Shown piece by piece: positions 27,355 through 39,815 of a stretch of 64,000 bases of DNA. Within the stretch, counting starts at the first letter, position 1, and the number at the start of each line of letters is the position of its first letter. The position numbers were made by a program, and so were the translations under genes. The notes under the pieces are model-generated. The model did no database searches. It had not been told where the DNA came from and saw nothing but the letters and a program-made list of their open reading frames with translations. The stretch comes from Camelus ferus (taxonomy: Eukaryota), in NCBI RefSeq assembly GCF_009834535.1, contig NC_045697.1, forward strand, positions 22,322,001 to 22,386,000, in the 5' to 3' direction.

Positions 27355-27580
27355 GCACACACAGACTTTCTATAAAGGGCTAGATAGCAAACATTTTAGG
27401 CTTCTCAATTCAATAAGAAAAATCAAGGATACTGTGTAGGTATTTATATGAGAAGAGAGAAAACAAATGCCTAGTTTTTTTTTTCCAATTATTTAAATAC
27501 ATAAATACCATTCTTTGCCGAGGAGACATATAAAGGCTGACAGTGGGCTGGATTTGATCAGGGTATTACGGTTTGTTCAA
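27355..27580. mobile_element. hAT-Charlie MER58-like fragment
   Basis: ttctataaagggctagatagcaaacattttaggctt ... gtgggctggatttg...ggtttg. Confidence 0.7.
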
Positions 27581-30304
27581 ACTGTATATACATCAATACA
27601 TCAGTACATCCTGGCATATACCCAAAACTGCTTCAACTGAGACCAATTTTTAGAATTCATCACCGAAATTCTTTTCTTACTCCTTAAGTGCGTTGCTGTC
27701 TGATCTGGACGATGCTGGTTTATGGCTTTATCCATCGAAGTCACTAATAATAACCCTCAAACATTAGGCTACGTGATCACTTTGGTATCAGGCTCATTCC
27801 TTCCCATTGACCAGCCATGTAACAATCTCATTCCTAGATCGCAAAAGGCAGACACCGTAAGAGATGCAGGTCTATGGGCATGAAATCCACAACAGGAAAA
27901 GAGCTCATAATCTCAATGCAGGAGTCATCACTGTCCACTTCATAAGAAAATAAAAAGAGTGTCTTATTCTGGAAATTCCCAGTTTGGTTTAGAGGTGGGA
28001 GGTTTGCTTGTATCTATTGGCTCAAAAGCGTTAAATATACTTCCATTTAAATGCAATGGATAAGGTCTGATTCTTTTATGTATGTATTTTGTTTACACTA
28101 AGTAACAAATAGTAAGAAGTTTTATATTTAGAGCATGATATACATAAAATAAAAATAAGAAATACTGTGCTGAATTTAATGACATTCTCGGAATGAGGTG
28201 ATTTTTTTTTTTTAGTTCTTTTTTATGTTTTCCAAATTGTACACATGTATATGTTTTACATTAACAATATCAAAAATTGAGCATTTTGAAGTATCCTAAA
28301 ATTGTGTGCTGTTGAGTGAATAACTTAAGAATAATAAGAGAAACATTTTAATTTTAAAACATTGAACACTTTTCATCTGATAATTACTCCCAAAGGAAAT
28401 TGTACTTTAAAAAAAAAAGCTTAGATTATAAACTTTTTGTAACATTTGACATTAGCTATTTTCCATTCCAGCAAAGTAAATATGTTATGCTAAGTAATTT
28501 CAGAGACTGCTGTTACCAAACTAGCACAAAGGAAATAATTTTTACACAAAGCCTTAATATGAAGACTGCTAAGCCTGTAAATTAAACATGAAGTTTATAT
28601 TTTGAGGAAAGTAACATAAAACAAAGCAAGAAAAAAAAATCAACCATTACAATGAACCTATTGCCTAAGGTTTGATCAACACAGAAAACATGGATGAGAG
28701 CTTCAGTTTATCAATCATATTATTTCAATATATATTTTCTAATATGACTGTCTCTGAACCTTCAATCTGGGAATTATTGTAGATGATGACTGTGTAGTAG
28801 TCAGGGCTATTTGATTTTTGTTAAACCTTCAGAAATGAAGCTTTTGAAAAATAGCTATGTTAAATATAGCTCTACTAAAAATAGCTACTATAAAAATCTA
28901 TGCCTCCTCCAGAAACAATCAACGTTGTCACTGACTAAAGTAATCTGGGAGCATAATTGAAGAAAGGAAAAGATAAATTTTCAATCCTAATGAAGGATAC
29001 TGTCAGTCCCTAGATGGTTTAAGGAATAAAAAGGGCAAATGAGAATGCGACCATATTGGAAAATTTGCTTCAAGGCTATAGATGTTATCGGCAAAGAGAG
29101 GGTGAACAGAACGAGCAATATAGCCCTAATCCAAAGAAACATCCTTCAGTGAACCGTCTTTTTTGTAAAATTCGAGCTATGCTTCTGCTATGTCAATTAC
29201 TAGGAAGCATAGTGAGATATTTAATATATTGCTTGTTGACCTCCTTTCTTAAATTGCCTGGAATACTCCAGGCTCATTTTTTTTTATTAGATGAAAACAA
29301 ATAGTTTAACAGGTGATTTGATTTTTCTCTCTGCTTAGGATTTATATGAGTTTCACAGCCAGCATTTTGTTATCCTCAGGTCTAAAGGCTCTAAGTCATC
29401 AGAGAAACACTCCCACTTGACTGTAAATGTAAGTCAGACTATTATAAAGACAGTGTCACAGGTGGAAAAGTAATCTTCGCTCTATTGTAATCAGACCCAA
29501 CACTGACAAAGAATCGTGCATCACTTTGGTGTTTCAATGGAGGTGAAGGCACCAATTTATACTTTAACTCTTCAAGAAGGGCAGGAAGATATGTAAACAG
29601 AAGGATATACTCAGGTTTGATTTCAACCTGAATTACAAATATAAAAAGATTATTCAGGATAGTGGATTGGAACCAAATTGCCAGACAGGAATTTGGAAAT
29701 GGCATTTGCACTGCTTGTTTCATCACTTACAGAGAAAAAAAATCCTTGATCTCTGCACTTCCTGCTCCCCCATAACCATGGCAAAGAATTCCCAGAGGTG
29801 TCAGTCTTTCCACACAGGCTTAAAATAACCAGCATAGAGGAATCAGGTGGAACGGGTTTATTTCACTCACATTATGGTTAATTTCCATCTAGGAATATCT
29901 AGATGTTCCTCCTGGTTCTAAACATAGGCTTTATCTGTAATTTGATTCAACTTTAGCCAATAGGTAAGTCTTGGTTATAACCGTGTGAGGTCCAGCGTAA
30001 TTTCTAGGCTATGATTCAAATGAGAAAGTTTGTATTTCAGTGACATCTTCTCAAAGACGTGATGTTGCTTCTCAGTCTTCTCCAATTGTGCAGGGAAACG
30101 ACCTTCTGGAAAAGCTGTCTATTAAAACGGTCATTGTCATTCTGGTTTGGAAAGGTATTTCTCTTCACTTTCAGATCCATAAGGATAGTTTAGGTTAGAA
30201 TAAAATTTTGAAAAATGTATCCTATCCTGGCAGAAAAAGCATTCATGTATCTTTTCCCCTTGAAATGTTTTACATTGTGCATTTTCTCCAGAAAATCTGG
30301 ATGT

Positions 30305-30700
30305 AATTTATTTACTTAACAAAAATATATGAGGTCTATCAAACACAGTGATGGATATTTGGGATTCAATGAGCAAAATAGGGATGGTCACTTCTCTTAG
30401 AGAGTTATAAAATTGTTGGAGTTAGCCAGAGGTAGACAACACTGAAACCGGTAAGAACTTGATGTGGGCAATGATGAGAAGATAAAAGTTGTTTAGTATA
30501 ACTTGTGAAGCATCAACCTTAGACTTTTGCAGTAAGAATAGGCACCCAGAGGTACCCAAGATCAGGAATGAGGATGGCTAGATGGGAGTGAGGAAGGAAG
30601 AGGTTTTTATCAGGCAAAAAAAAAACCAAAAAACTGTTTATAAAGGACAGGGTCTGAGAGAGCATGAAATTTGAAGAATTGAAAGAAATTCAGGATGGGG
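30305..30700 (-). mobile_element. L2 LINE fragment
   Basis: Degenerate reversed L2 3' end (atttatttacttaacaaaaatatatgagg...). Confidence 0.5.
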
Positions 30701-31129
30701 AAATGATAGAGGAGGAAGGGGATGTGGGTGTTTGGGGGCGGAGAGGGAGAGGATAGGGAGTTGGTGCAATGGAGATGGTGGTAACAAAGGGAGGAACCAA
30801 CAAAAGGTTGCTCTCTGTCTTCCTTCTTGAAAAAAAAATCTGAATATTTTGATTGAACAATTGAATGATTTAGTGTCCTGTTTCAATGAACTGAGACATT
30901 CTCAGGTTGTCTTACTAGTGAGAGGTAAGAAAGCTCAGGGTCCATCTTAGCAGCTGACGCCCTATCCCTCAGGGTACTGAAAAGTCATGATACCATCCAG
31001 TTTCAACACTTCTGTTCATCTCCTGACTGCTGTGGGTCCCCTAATCTGTTCTTAACCACAGCTGTGACTTGATTCATCTCTGCCTCTGCTGCCATTCTTG
31101 CTGTTGTGGCCAATAATTGTACTTTTCAG

Positions 31130-31200
31130 ACATGCTCTGTCCAATATGATAGCCACTAGTCACATGGGGCTATTTCAAAACGGATTTAATTCAATTAATA
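31130..31200. mobile_element. hAT-Charlie MER33/MER3-like fragment
   Basis: gctctgtccaatatgatagccactagtcacatggggctattt. Confidence 0.7.
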
Positions 31201-31429
31201 GTCTTCAGGCTCAGTTCTGTTGATAGTCTGACTGAGTTACAGAGAATGATTGAGCTCAAAGTTTGATGGTCATCCTGCTGGCTGCTTTCAGGTCATTCTG
31301 CTAGAATCACTTGAGTGTATGGTGAGATGAAGGCAAATATAGTAACCAAACCAGAAGGAAATCCTTGCAACTGCAGTTTTTAGTGGTGGAAGGATGCTAC
31401 AGGCATCATATCATATATATTTCCACAAC

Positions 31430-31780
31430 TATTTGCAATTATGCTTAATGCTGAAGATACAGAATTGAATAAGACATGCTCCATTAATTTAAAGGGTGTG
31501 TTAGTCGGAACATAGGTAATACTAAATGCAGATATAAGTACCACAGTAGAGAAATACATATATATGATATAAAAAGACTAATCTGACTGAAGCAACTGGG
31601 GAGGCTGATAAAAGAAGTTTCATTAAAGGTTAACCTGGAAAGATTAAGAGTAGTTATATAGTTAGAGGAAAATAAATATTCCAAGCAAAGCGAACAGTGA
31701 TGCTAAAGGTTAAAAGTAAGAGAATCAAAGAAGTCAGAGGTTATACCCTGGATGTTCAGTATTCCTGGAGCACAAGGAGG
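31430..31780 (-). mobile_element. L2 LINE fragment
   Basis: tgctgaagatacagaattgaataagacatg... resembles reversed L2. Confidence 0.5.
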
Positions 31781-33304
31781 AGGAAGGGCAGACGTCCTTC
31801 AATCCCATCACCCAGCTCTACTTTTTAGTGCCATTTTTCACACCCACACTGTATATTATTTAATCTTTCTTACACACTTTTTGATACATCACTGGTGGTG
31901 AACGTCTGCTCTTTTTATCAACCAAGCACTCCTCCTACCTTCCTTTGGTACGATCACCTCAGTTTTCTTTTGCAGTTGTCTGCAGTTAAGGGTCTCCATT
32001 TCCCCCGGCCATGTGCTGGGTAGGTGAATCATGTTGGGCCAACTTAACCCTTTCTCCAATTCAGAGGATGACCCAAAGGTGGAAAACAATTTAGTTTATT
32101 GATTCTGATTGTGGCACCGTGAGGATTATTCTACAGTGTCTGTGGTCTAGAGCCCCAGGGCTGTTTCTAAAGAGCCATGTAAGAGCTTACCTATCACCTC
32201 CCTTTTATTGAATGTTTTCATCTTAATACCTGTAATATGTGCTTAATAATATTGACTGAAGAAAAAAAGTCAAGTGCCGGAAAATAGATGCATATTCTCT
32301 GTGCTCTATTCATACAGTTTTATCTTCCTACCTTTCCAGTTGAATCTTCCTTAATTTCTTCATGTCTACCCTATGTCCTACTTAGGCATTTTCACTGTTT
32401 CTGAACTTGCCTGGTAGATTTCAGTTGCTAGGTCATCTCTCCCCATTCCCCAAATGTGTGCTTCCTCAAACTCAGTACGTACTCTGTCCGAATCCTGCCC
32501 ACGGTACGATGCCTGGATCAACCTCAGGTTCCCTGCCACTTTCTCTGATTTTTCCTGCTCAGAATCATCTCTCTATTCCCTAAACTCTGATTTGGGAGGT
32601 AAATATCATTTATTTATTTCTCATTTTCTATAGAAGAGAGTTTCACAAAATCATCCTGGATGCTTGCCTCACATCTCACTCTTCCTCACAACAGAAGAAT
32701 GAATTAAGTTAAGGATGAAAAATAGACATTTGCTCATTTTCTTTCTTGAATCCACAGGAGTTTGCTTTTTTTTTTTTAATTAAAAAAATAAAACCCACAG
32801 AGGTTATTTGACCACAGAGGATTATTTTTTTCTTTTACTTCTTTGCTTCTTGTATTTATTTACATCCCCATCCTATTGGTCTTGTTATAAAGATATAGAT
32901 AGAGATAAAAATAGAGATGGAATTGGAGATAGAGGTAAAGAGTCTGCAGTTTCTTCAGCACCTTTCCCAGATTGCTTGTTACAGGAATGCTAGGGAGAGA
33001 ACAGTGCCTCCCAAGACTCCCAAGATTGATAAAATCTCAAGACTCCTAAGATAAGTAAAACACTTACCATGATATCTTAGTTTTGCTATTGAGATCTCTG
33101 TTTAATAAGGAAAGTTATGTCTCGATACTGAAGGATTTCAAGAGTGACATTACATGTAGTTATGGAACAATATTCTTGGAAGTAATTGAGCACATTTTCT
33201 GCTAAATCATTCAGCATGTTTCAGCAGACTCAACATTCACTAATGCACTAATTTTGAGTGGCAGATTGCTGATTAATAGGCATCTTTATTTATTGTTCAT
33301 GAAA

Positions 33305-33500
33305 AGGTACTATGATTTATAATAAAGCCAAGAGCCAAAAAAGTGGGTCAGAATCCCCTTTTAGCGTCACTATTTATGACACATGTTGGCATAACTTTGA
33401 GTATGTGTTTTGAAATCTGTAATATACAAGAAACAATACTCACCCCTATTGCTGCTTTGAGAATAATGTACATTAATATACACCAAAATGTTCTTTGCTT
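33305..33500 (+). mobile_element. Degenerate MIR
   Basis: Weak collinear similarity to MIR (gggtcagaatccc...atctgtaa...ttgagaataa). Confidence 0.45.
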
Positions 33501-34009
33501 TAAACTTCCTTAGACCCATTACTGATTACTATGTTCTGAGTTTAATATGTAATGATCAATTAATACAAAACAAACACACACATACATCCTCTGCCTGCCC
33601 TTTTTACTGATTTTATGCAGCATCTCAATTTCTACATATGTAAGGTGACATTAATATTGTTAATTTTTCAGCTGAAAACAAATAGCCCCCTGCATACTTA
33701 GCTGTAGTATACATTTTAAAACCTAGGCAATTACTAAGAAGTTTCAAATAAAGAGCATGTCTTGGTGAAATAGAATAAAAGTCTATAGATATGTAAAGAA
33801 CTAGAAAGGAGTGAGATGATGGCAGATCCTGTGCTTATGATGAAAAATCAATTTACTTAGATTTCTTTTTCATTGGCTGTAATGTAAGTGATGTTAATTC
33901 TAGTTAACTTGTGAGTTTAGGAGGAAACTGGTGGAAAGCCTAGAAATGTCTTAATATTAGTTTCAATTGACGCTGTCAGAATGATAACAATAAAAATAAT
34001 AATAACAAA

Positions 34010-34245
34010 AGCCACAATTATTTGTCAACTACCCCTGTTCCAGACTCTGAGTTTAATATCCTCCCATCATTGTGTCTAAATAAATAAATGAATTGGTTTA
34101 TATTATCTCCATTTTCAGTTGGGAAAATTGAGTCTCAATCAAGTAAAATACATTGTTTGACTATTAACTGAAAGATTTGGGAGTCCCAAAGCCTACCAGA
34201 ATGACTTCAAGGTCTATACCTCCACGCGCTTAATGACCATCCCAC
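34010..34245 (-). mobile_element. Degenerate MIR
   Basis: tattatctccattttcagttgggaaaattgagtctca. Confidence 0.6.
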
Positions 34246-34339
34246 ATAATCTTCCAAAGTAGACTTTTCAATCTGCTTCAATAATTGTGCCTTGTGGAGA
34301 GAATTTTCCTAATTAACTTAGCACACGGTGAGGATCAGA

Positions 34340-35184
34340 CAAGAATTTCTTTCTAGTGACACTGTAAGGCAGTTAGAAATGAGTACCAGGAAAGGGGAGA
34401 TGAAGGGGGAGGGAGCAACCCAGAAAATAACAGTACACTTGCATTCAGGATAAGGGGCTCCAAAAACTTTTACTTTCTCTAAATGAAAGCTAGCAAAGAA
34501 GCTGGCTAGAACTGAATGCTGTGGCTGCACAGTAGAGAGAAAGACCTGGCTTAACTTGACCTAGTGTTGATTATAATGTAACTAACATTAAATTTTGAGC
34601 CCCCGCCAGTAGGTTTCTCTGTGTGCATCATGGGTAAAAATTTGCATAAAAGAGATGGGCATGCCTGAGCACAAGGATCATGAGCTGTCAGCCTGAGCTT
34701 GCAAAGCATAGAAGCTGTCAATCAATCAGTCAATCACAAAACCGCCCCCTAAGCCAGGACATAAAAACAGGAAACACAAAGGAGCAGCGCCATTTTTCCC
34801 TTCCTGGACTGGTCTGCCCCAGTTCTCAGGGGTATACTGTTTTACTACCTTTTTACTTCACTAATAAAATCTTCTTTTTATATCATGCTCTCTGTCTCCC
34901 ATTAGAAATCCATTTTTTTACCAGGTGACTAAGAACTGAGGTAAATTTTATTCCTCTCCCCCCGTGACAACACTATTAACTTTGTAGCCCAGATAAATCA
35001 CACTGCAGGGTGCTAGGAACATGCCTGGCTTCTACTCACTCGATGCCAGTAGGAACTCCTCCTCAGTCGTTACAATTAAAAATGTCTCCAGCATTGCCAA
35101 AAGTGCCTTCCTGCCAGAGATGGGGTGGGGTGGGATGGGGTGGGATTGGGTGGGGAGCAAAATGGGCCCTGATTGAAAACCACT
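34340..35184 (-). mobile_element. hAT-Charlie MER20, split by an LTR
   Basis: gatgccagtag...aaaaatgtctccagcattgccaaa...ttgaaaaccact is reversed MER20; about 20 bp of it lie left of the LTR. Confidence 0.8.
34363..34969 (+). mobile_element. ERV1-class solo LTR
   Basis: tgtaagg...gtgaca termini, TSD ACAC (34359-34362, 34970-34973), TATA-like cataaaaa ~34760, AATAAA 34863-34868. Confidence 0.88.
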
Positions 35185-35412
35185 ATTCTAGAGGTCTTTT
35201 ACTCTTTAATCTGGCCGAATTCCAAGCCAGAGTGTTGAGTTTGGAGAAATACGTGTTTTGTGGTTTCTTACATGGTACACATTAATGTAGAACTTCTGTG
35301 TGTAAACATAAAGACGTTTTTTCCCCTAATCCAGTATGCCACTGAAGAACAAAAAGAATACATGTTCTGAACCAGAATCAATTTTATATGCATACATTAA
35401 AGAAATTGTTAG

Positions 35413-35916
35413 TGCTGGCTGAAATAAAATCACACTGTGAGAATTGTGAGTTCAGTTTTATTTGGGGCAAAATGAGGACTGCAGCCCAGGAGACAGCATC
35501 TCAGATAGCTCTGAGGAACTGCTCCAAAGAGGTGAGGGGAGGCCAGTAATACATATGGTTTTAATGAAGGGGGGCACGTGCAGTCAGGGACACATCTAGG
35601 CAGAGAGGCTTGCTGCTAGTCACGGGAAGCTGATGTCAACGTTAATGATTTTAGTGCTTGTCTAAATATGAGGAGATGCAAGAATATGGGCTCATAAAAT
35701 CTTCTCCTGAAAATATCTATCTGAAGCCTTCTTCTGCCAGTTTTTCCCCGAGCACAGTGTCTCGTTCCTGGTCTCTGCCCTGAACTCCTTTCAGGTTGTG
35801 CTGGAGGTCAGTGACTGTAGCAACTTGGGATTTAATCCAAGCAGAGTTAGATGGCAAGTACCAACGTGATCCAATCCTTGTAGAGGCAGATGGCAAGTGC
35901 CGATTTTTAGTTGGCA
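35413..35916 (-). mobile_element. ERV1-class solo LTR
   Basis: tgctggc...ttggca termini, TSD TTAG (35409-35412, 35917-35920), minus-strand AATAAA near 35457-35462. Confidence 0.88.
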
Positions 35917-35929
35917 TTAGAAAGGAAAT

Positions 35930-36142
35930 TCTCTCTCTCTCTCCCTCTCTCTCTGTGTTTCTTTCTGGATGTCTCCCCACTCATCTGAGCCTCTGTCTCA
36001 TTTCTTTTTTCCCCTGCCGTTTTTCTTACTTCTTTCACTCCATCCCCTGTCTCTCCCATCCTTCCATCTTCTCTCACTTTGTCCCTCCTTCCTTCCCCCT
36101 CCTTCTATTTATTCCTTTTTTCCCTTCCTTTCTCCTTTCCTT
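35930..36142. repeat. CT-rich low-complexity tract
   Basis: Directly visible. Confidence 0.85.
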
Positions 36143-37735
36143 GCTGGAACAATTTAAAAAGAAACACTTTTCAGTGGTACGCTTTTAGTTTGGTCTTAAA
36201 TGTTCTAGTCACTTTAGTAATTGAGAAAATGCTAAATATTTGAGAGATTGTGAATTTGCATGAAAATTTAGACTCCAGAATGACTCACTGCATTTTCTAC
36301 AAATAGTTTACAAAAAGGCTTTTATTTTAACAGGAAATTACATACTGCCATTGAAATTAAAATAAATCAATTGCTACAAATGATGCTTGAATTAAAACAT
36401 CTATCTGGACTGTTCTTAATTTTGTGTAGATAACATGTTCCTGACATTTTTACTTTTTTCCACCGCGATAAAACACAATAGAGAGTGCTAAGTCCAGCGA
36501 TTTAAACGGCACTTATTAAACACAATAAGCCAAGGATACTCAGAGCCATTTACTACCTGTTTAAAAGCCATTTTCTTCTTTTTGTACCCATCCCCTTTGA
36601 GTGAATGGAAGCTCCAGATAGTTATAATGAGAGGAAATGGTCCTCTCTTTTACATTTGCTGTCTTTTCTTATTTGATGAAGACACTAAGAGTTTTTAAGT
36701 GAGAAGAACAATCCACACGCAGTAAATAGAAGTAAATCCAAGGCAGCAGCCGACACTACTCAGGCAAGAGACATGAGATTTAAAGTCAGAAGAACAGTAT
36801 GTTCACTTTGAATTATCTTAGCTGCTTAACTATTGTATTATTTAAAGACAATATAGCTGAGACTACCTAATGAAATCCACAAATAGATTCTAGGAAACCA
36901 TGCTATTCCTTGAAAATGATTTGAAATCTTAGCAAGTTATTGAGGGGGAAAAAAAACCCACATTGTTTACAGACAGATAAAAGGACCACAGAGCTCTTTA
37001 TTGTTTTACAATTTGCTCTTCCCTTACATCTTTAGTGAACAGAGGTTTAGAGGTAATGTCGCTCACACCTCTGAGCTGGGCTAGAGAGAGTTGGCTCCTT
37101 CTTCTCCGTGAAAATGGCCAGTGAGTTCCTCCTTGAAATGTTGTGTGACTTCTGCCTGACTGCTTTTATACCATAAGACTAGTCAGGGGGAATATCGCGT
37201 GGGGAAAGATTTTCCCTACCTGGAGCTAATAGAAAGAATAATGCCTCTGATCTGCATTTGGGAAAAAAAACAGAAGCAATCATCACCGTCAGGATGTTTC
37301 TTCAGGGAGAGATGCTTGGTGACCCTGTCTCTTAGCGTTAGTACAATAATCTGGAAAGGATTTTCATATTGTTTTTCTTGATGTTTCCATTTATTCAAGA
37401 GTATACCTGTCTGTAATGAAAGAAAGGTGAGGGTTGGACATGTGATTATTGCTGGATCTCTTCGCTCAAGTCAATGACAGCTCATTTTAAAATCGTCATA
37501 AAGTAATCTAGTGTATACAGACGTACACACACATATATACATGACTTACTGTATATCTGGTACTATTCCAAGAGCTTTACCAATATTTACTTATTTAACC
37601 TTCTAAGCAACCTTACGAGAAAATCAATTATCATCATCTCACTTTTCAGGCGAGGAATCTGAGACACAAAGTTTCAACAAGCTGACCAAGGTCACCTTGG
37701 GTAATTGGTGAATTACCACTTCAAATCCAGGCCAT

Positions 37736-38516
37736 TGAAAGAACAGAAAACTAACAAAATGGCTTCCCTGATGCTAGAGCTTTTACTGATACATTTTGAC
37801 TTAAATTTTTTGCAACTTGTTTTTCTCTTTTCTCTGACAAACTCCCATCTCTGCTTCACTTGCTCAATTGCTTTTGTGTTAAACAGTCCCCAAACTTTCT
37901 GTTACGCCCTCCACTCCCTACACTCTTTTTCCTCAGAATAGCTTATCCTTTAACCCAGAAGCTGTGCTCCAGGTCATGGGCTGATAGCCTCAGAAGAATG
38001 AACAGACCCTCTGGTGTTTCTCCATGAAGCCAGGGGGGTTCATAAAGATTAAGAAGAATACAGCACCCTGGAAAATGCCCTGATTGTTGTCACCTTTCTG
38101 TTCCACCCAGTTTTTCTGTGAGCATGGTTTTTGGCCTATATAAGATCAGTGAATTTCTGTGAATTATAACTTCTGTGCATGCCTGCTTATAATTGATTGA
38201 GCTTAAACTTCAAAAGTGATATTAAACCCTCATGACACCAACCCCAAGAAGGAATGGCAGTCTCCAACCTGCTATGACTCCCCTTTGTCTGGCAAAGCAA
38301 TAAAGCTCTTCTTTTCTAATTCTCCCAAAACTCTGTCTCCAAGGTTCAATTCAGCTATGAGGATACAGTGGTCATTTTTTTTAAAGGGAGGGGAATTCAG
38401 TTTATTTATTTTTAGAGATGATATTGGGGATTGAACCCAGGACCCTGTGCATGCTAAGTATGTGCTCTACCACTTGAGCTACACCCTCCCCACCCAGAGG
38501 CTGGGCGGGGGTAATA
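37736..38516 (+). mobile_element. ERV1-class solo LTR (rearranged)
   Basis: Starts tgaaagaac, AATAAA near 38299, ends gtaata (CA>TA); TSD CCAT (37732-37735, 38517-38520). Confidence 0.8.
38375..38491 (-). mobile_element. tRNA-derived SINE, camelid Vic-1-like
   Basis: Minus strand GGGGAGGGTGTAGCTCAAGTGGTAGAGCACATACTTAGCATGCACAGGGTCCTGGGTTCAATCCCC + AAAT-rich tail; Pol III A and B boxes. Confidence 0.88.
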
Positions 38517-39118
38517 CCATTGGCCTCTCGCGTCTGTGCCCTTCACCACTATGCCCTACCACCTCACTGACAAGTGCAGTCACATTTACTCCAGCCCTAT
38601 AGACACAGAAGAGTTGACTATTTGTACACACCTGTCAGCAGCCAGAGAGACGTCCTCTTGCTCTGGATGAATATCTCTTTCAAAAAATATTTCCTATAAA
38701 TCAGAGGCATCTCACTATCTTGAAAAATCTAGTGGTACTTCAGAGGCTAGGGAGAAGCTGACTTCAGAGTTTGTCCCTGGTGGATAAAGTACATAGCTTT
38801 ATGGAACTGCATCTTTGCAAGGAGACTTAAATAATTCTGGGGATTCTGTGAGCACAGGTTTTGGCCCACATAAGACTAGTGAATTTCTGTGATTTATAAC
38901 TTCTGTGTATGCTTGTGTATAATTGATAGAGCTCAAACTTCAAAAGTGAGATTAATAAAAATTCAAGCCATAAGGTTTGCAAAAAATAAACCCAAGTTAA
39001 TCAATATGAGTATTCAAATCTTAGAAATACGTGTCAGATGGTCAACTTTGGAATTACAAGGACTTCACTTAAACATAAGCAAATATGAAACAAATTTAAG
39101 CTAATGAAAAAGATTGTT

Positions 39119-39398
39119 ATGAACTTACAGTTACCGGGGGTAAAGGGTATGAAAAGGGATAAACTGGGAGTTGGAGATTTGCAGATACTAACTACTATAT
39201 ATAAAATAGATAAACAACAAGTTTCTTCTGTACAGCACAGGGAACTATACTCAGTATTTTGTAGTAACCTATATTGAAAAAGAATATGAAAACAAATATA
39301 CGTATGTCTCTGTATGACTGAAACAGTATGCTATACACCAGAAATTGACACAGTATTGTGAACTGACTACACTTCAACAAAAAAGAATGCAAAAAAAT
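39119..39398 (+). mobile_element. 5'-truncated L1 3' UTR
   Basis: Same family as 42475-43078; TSD aaaaagattgtt (39107-39118) / aaaaaggttgtt (39399-39410). Confidence 0.92.
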
Positions 39399-39689
39399 AA
39401 AAAGGTTGTTTTGCTCTTTCAGAGGTTGTTATACTTTTGTTTTATTTTTTTCTGAATTCTAAAGAAAACCTGGAGGGAAACCTGGGATTGAAAGATTGCT
39501 GGATAGCCAATCTTTGAGGTGAAGTAGAACCTCAAATTCAAGATTTCAAGGTTCATAAATGGAGTTGAAGTTGATCATAGATGATACTAATTCACTAGCT
39601 GAAATGCAAGCTAACATGAAGAGGGAAGGTTTGATTTTTATTTTTGTTGTCTCCAAGCTGGACTCAGTTGCCCATTGAGAGCATGACTA

Positions 39690-39815
39690 CTCAACTAGAT
39701 TCTAAGTTCCCAGGGGCCAGACAGCATGTCTACATTATTCAGTATTTAATAAACCCAGTTCCTGGCATGTAGTTGATGCCCAACAACATGTGACAAAGGA
39801 AGGAAGGACAGAGGT
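39690..39815 (+). mobile_element. L2 3' end
   Basis: ctagattctaagttcc...cagttcctggcatgtagttgatgcccaacaa. Confidence 0.7.

Larger units (their letters stand above)
37540..38565 (-). mobile_element. MIR SINE split by an LTR (pieces 37540-37735 and 38517-38565)
   Basis: gaggaatctgagacaca...ccaaggtcac...ttcaaatccaggc | ...gtgcccttcaccactatgc continues the reversed MIR consensus across the LTR. Confidence 0.8.

Noticed and set aside
33008..33060. ~26-bp imperfect tandem repeat (also similar ones at 28847-28900 and 61238-61258)
   Set aside because: Two or three degenerate units typical of slippage; no repeat-spacer array or CRISPR-like structure.
35796..36188. 130-aa ORF
   Set aside because: Runs from an LTR into CT-rich low complexity; no recognisable domain.
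38425..38491. tRNA gene
   Set aside because: No proper acceptor stem, and a SINE-type AAAT tail follows; it is a SINE head.
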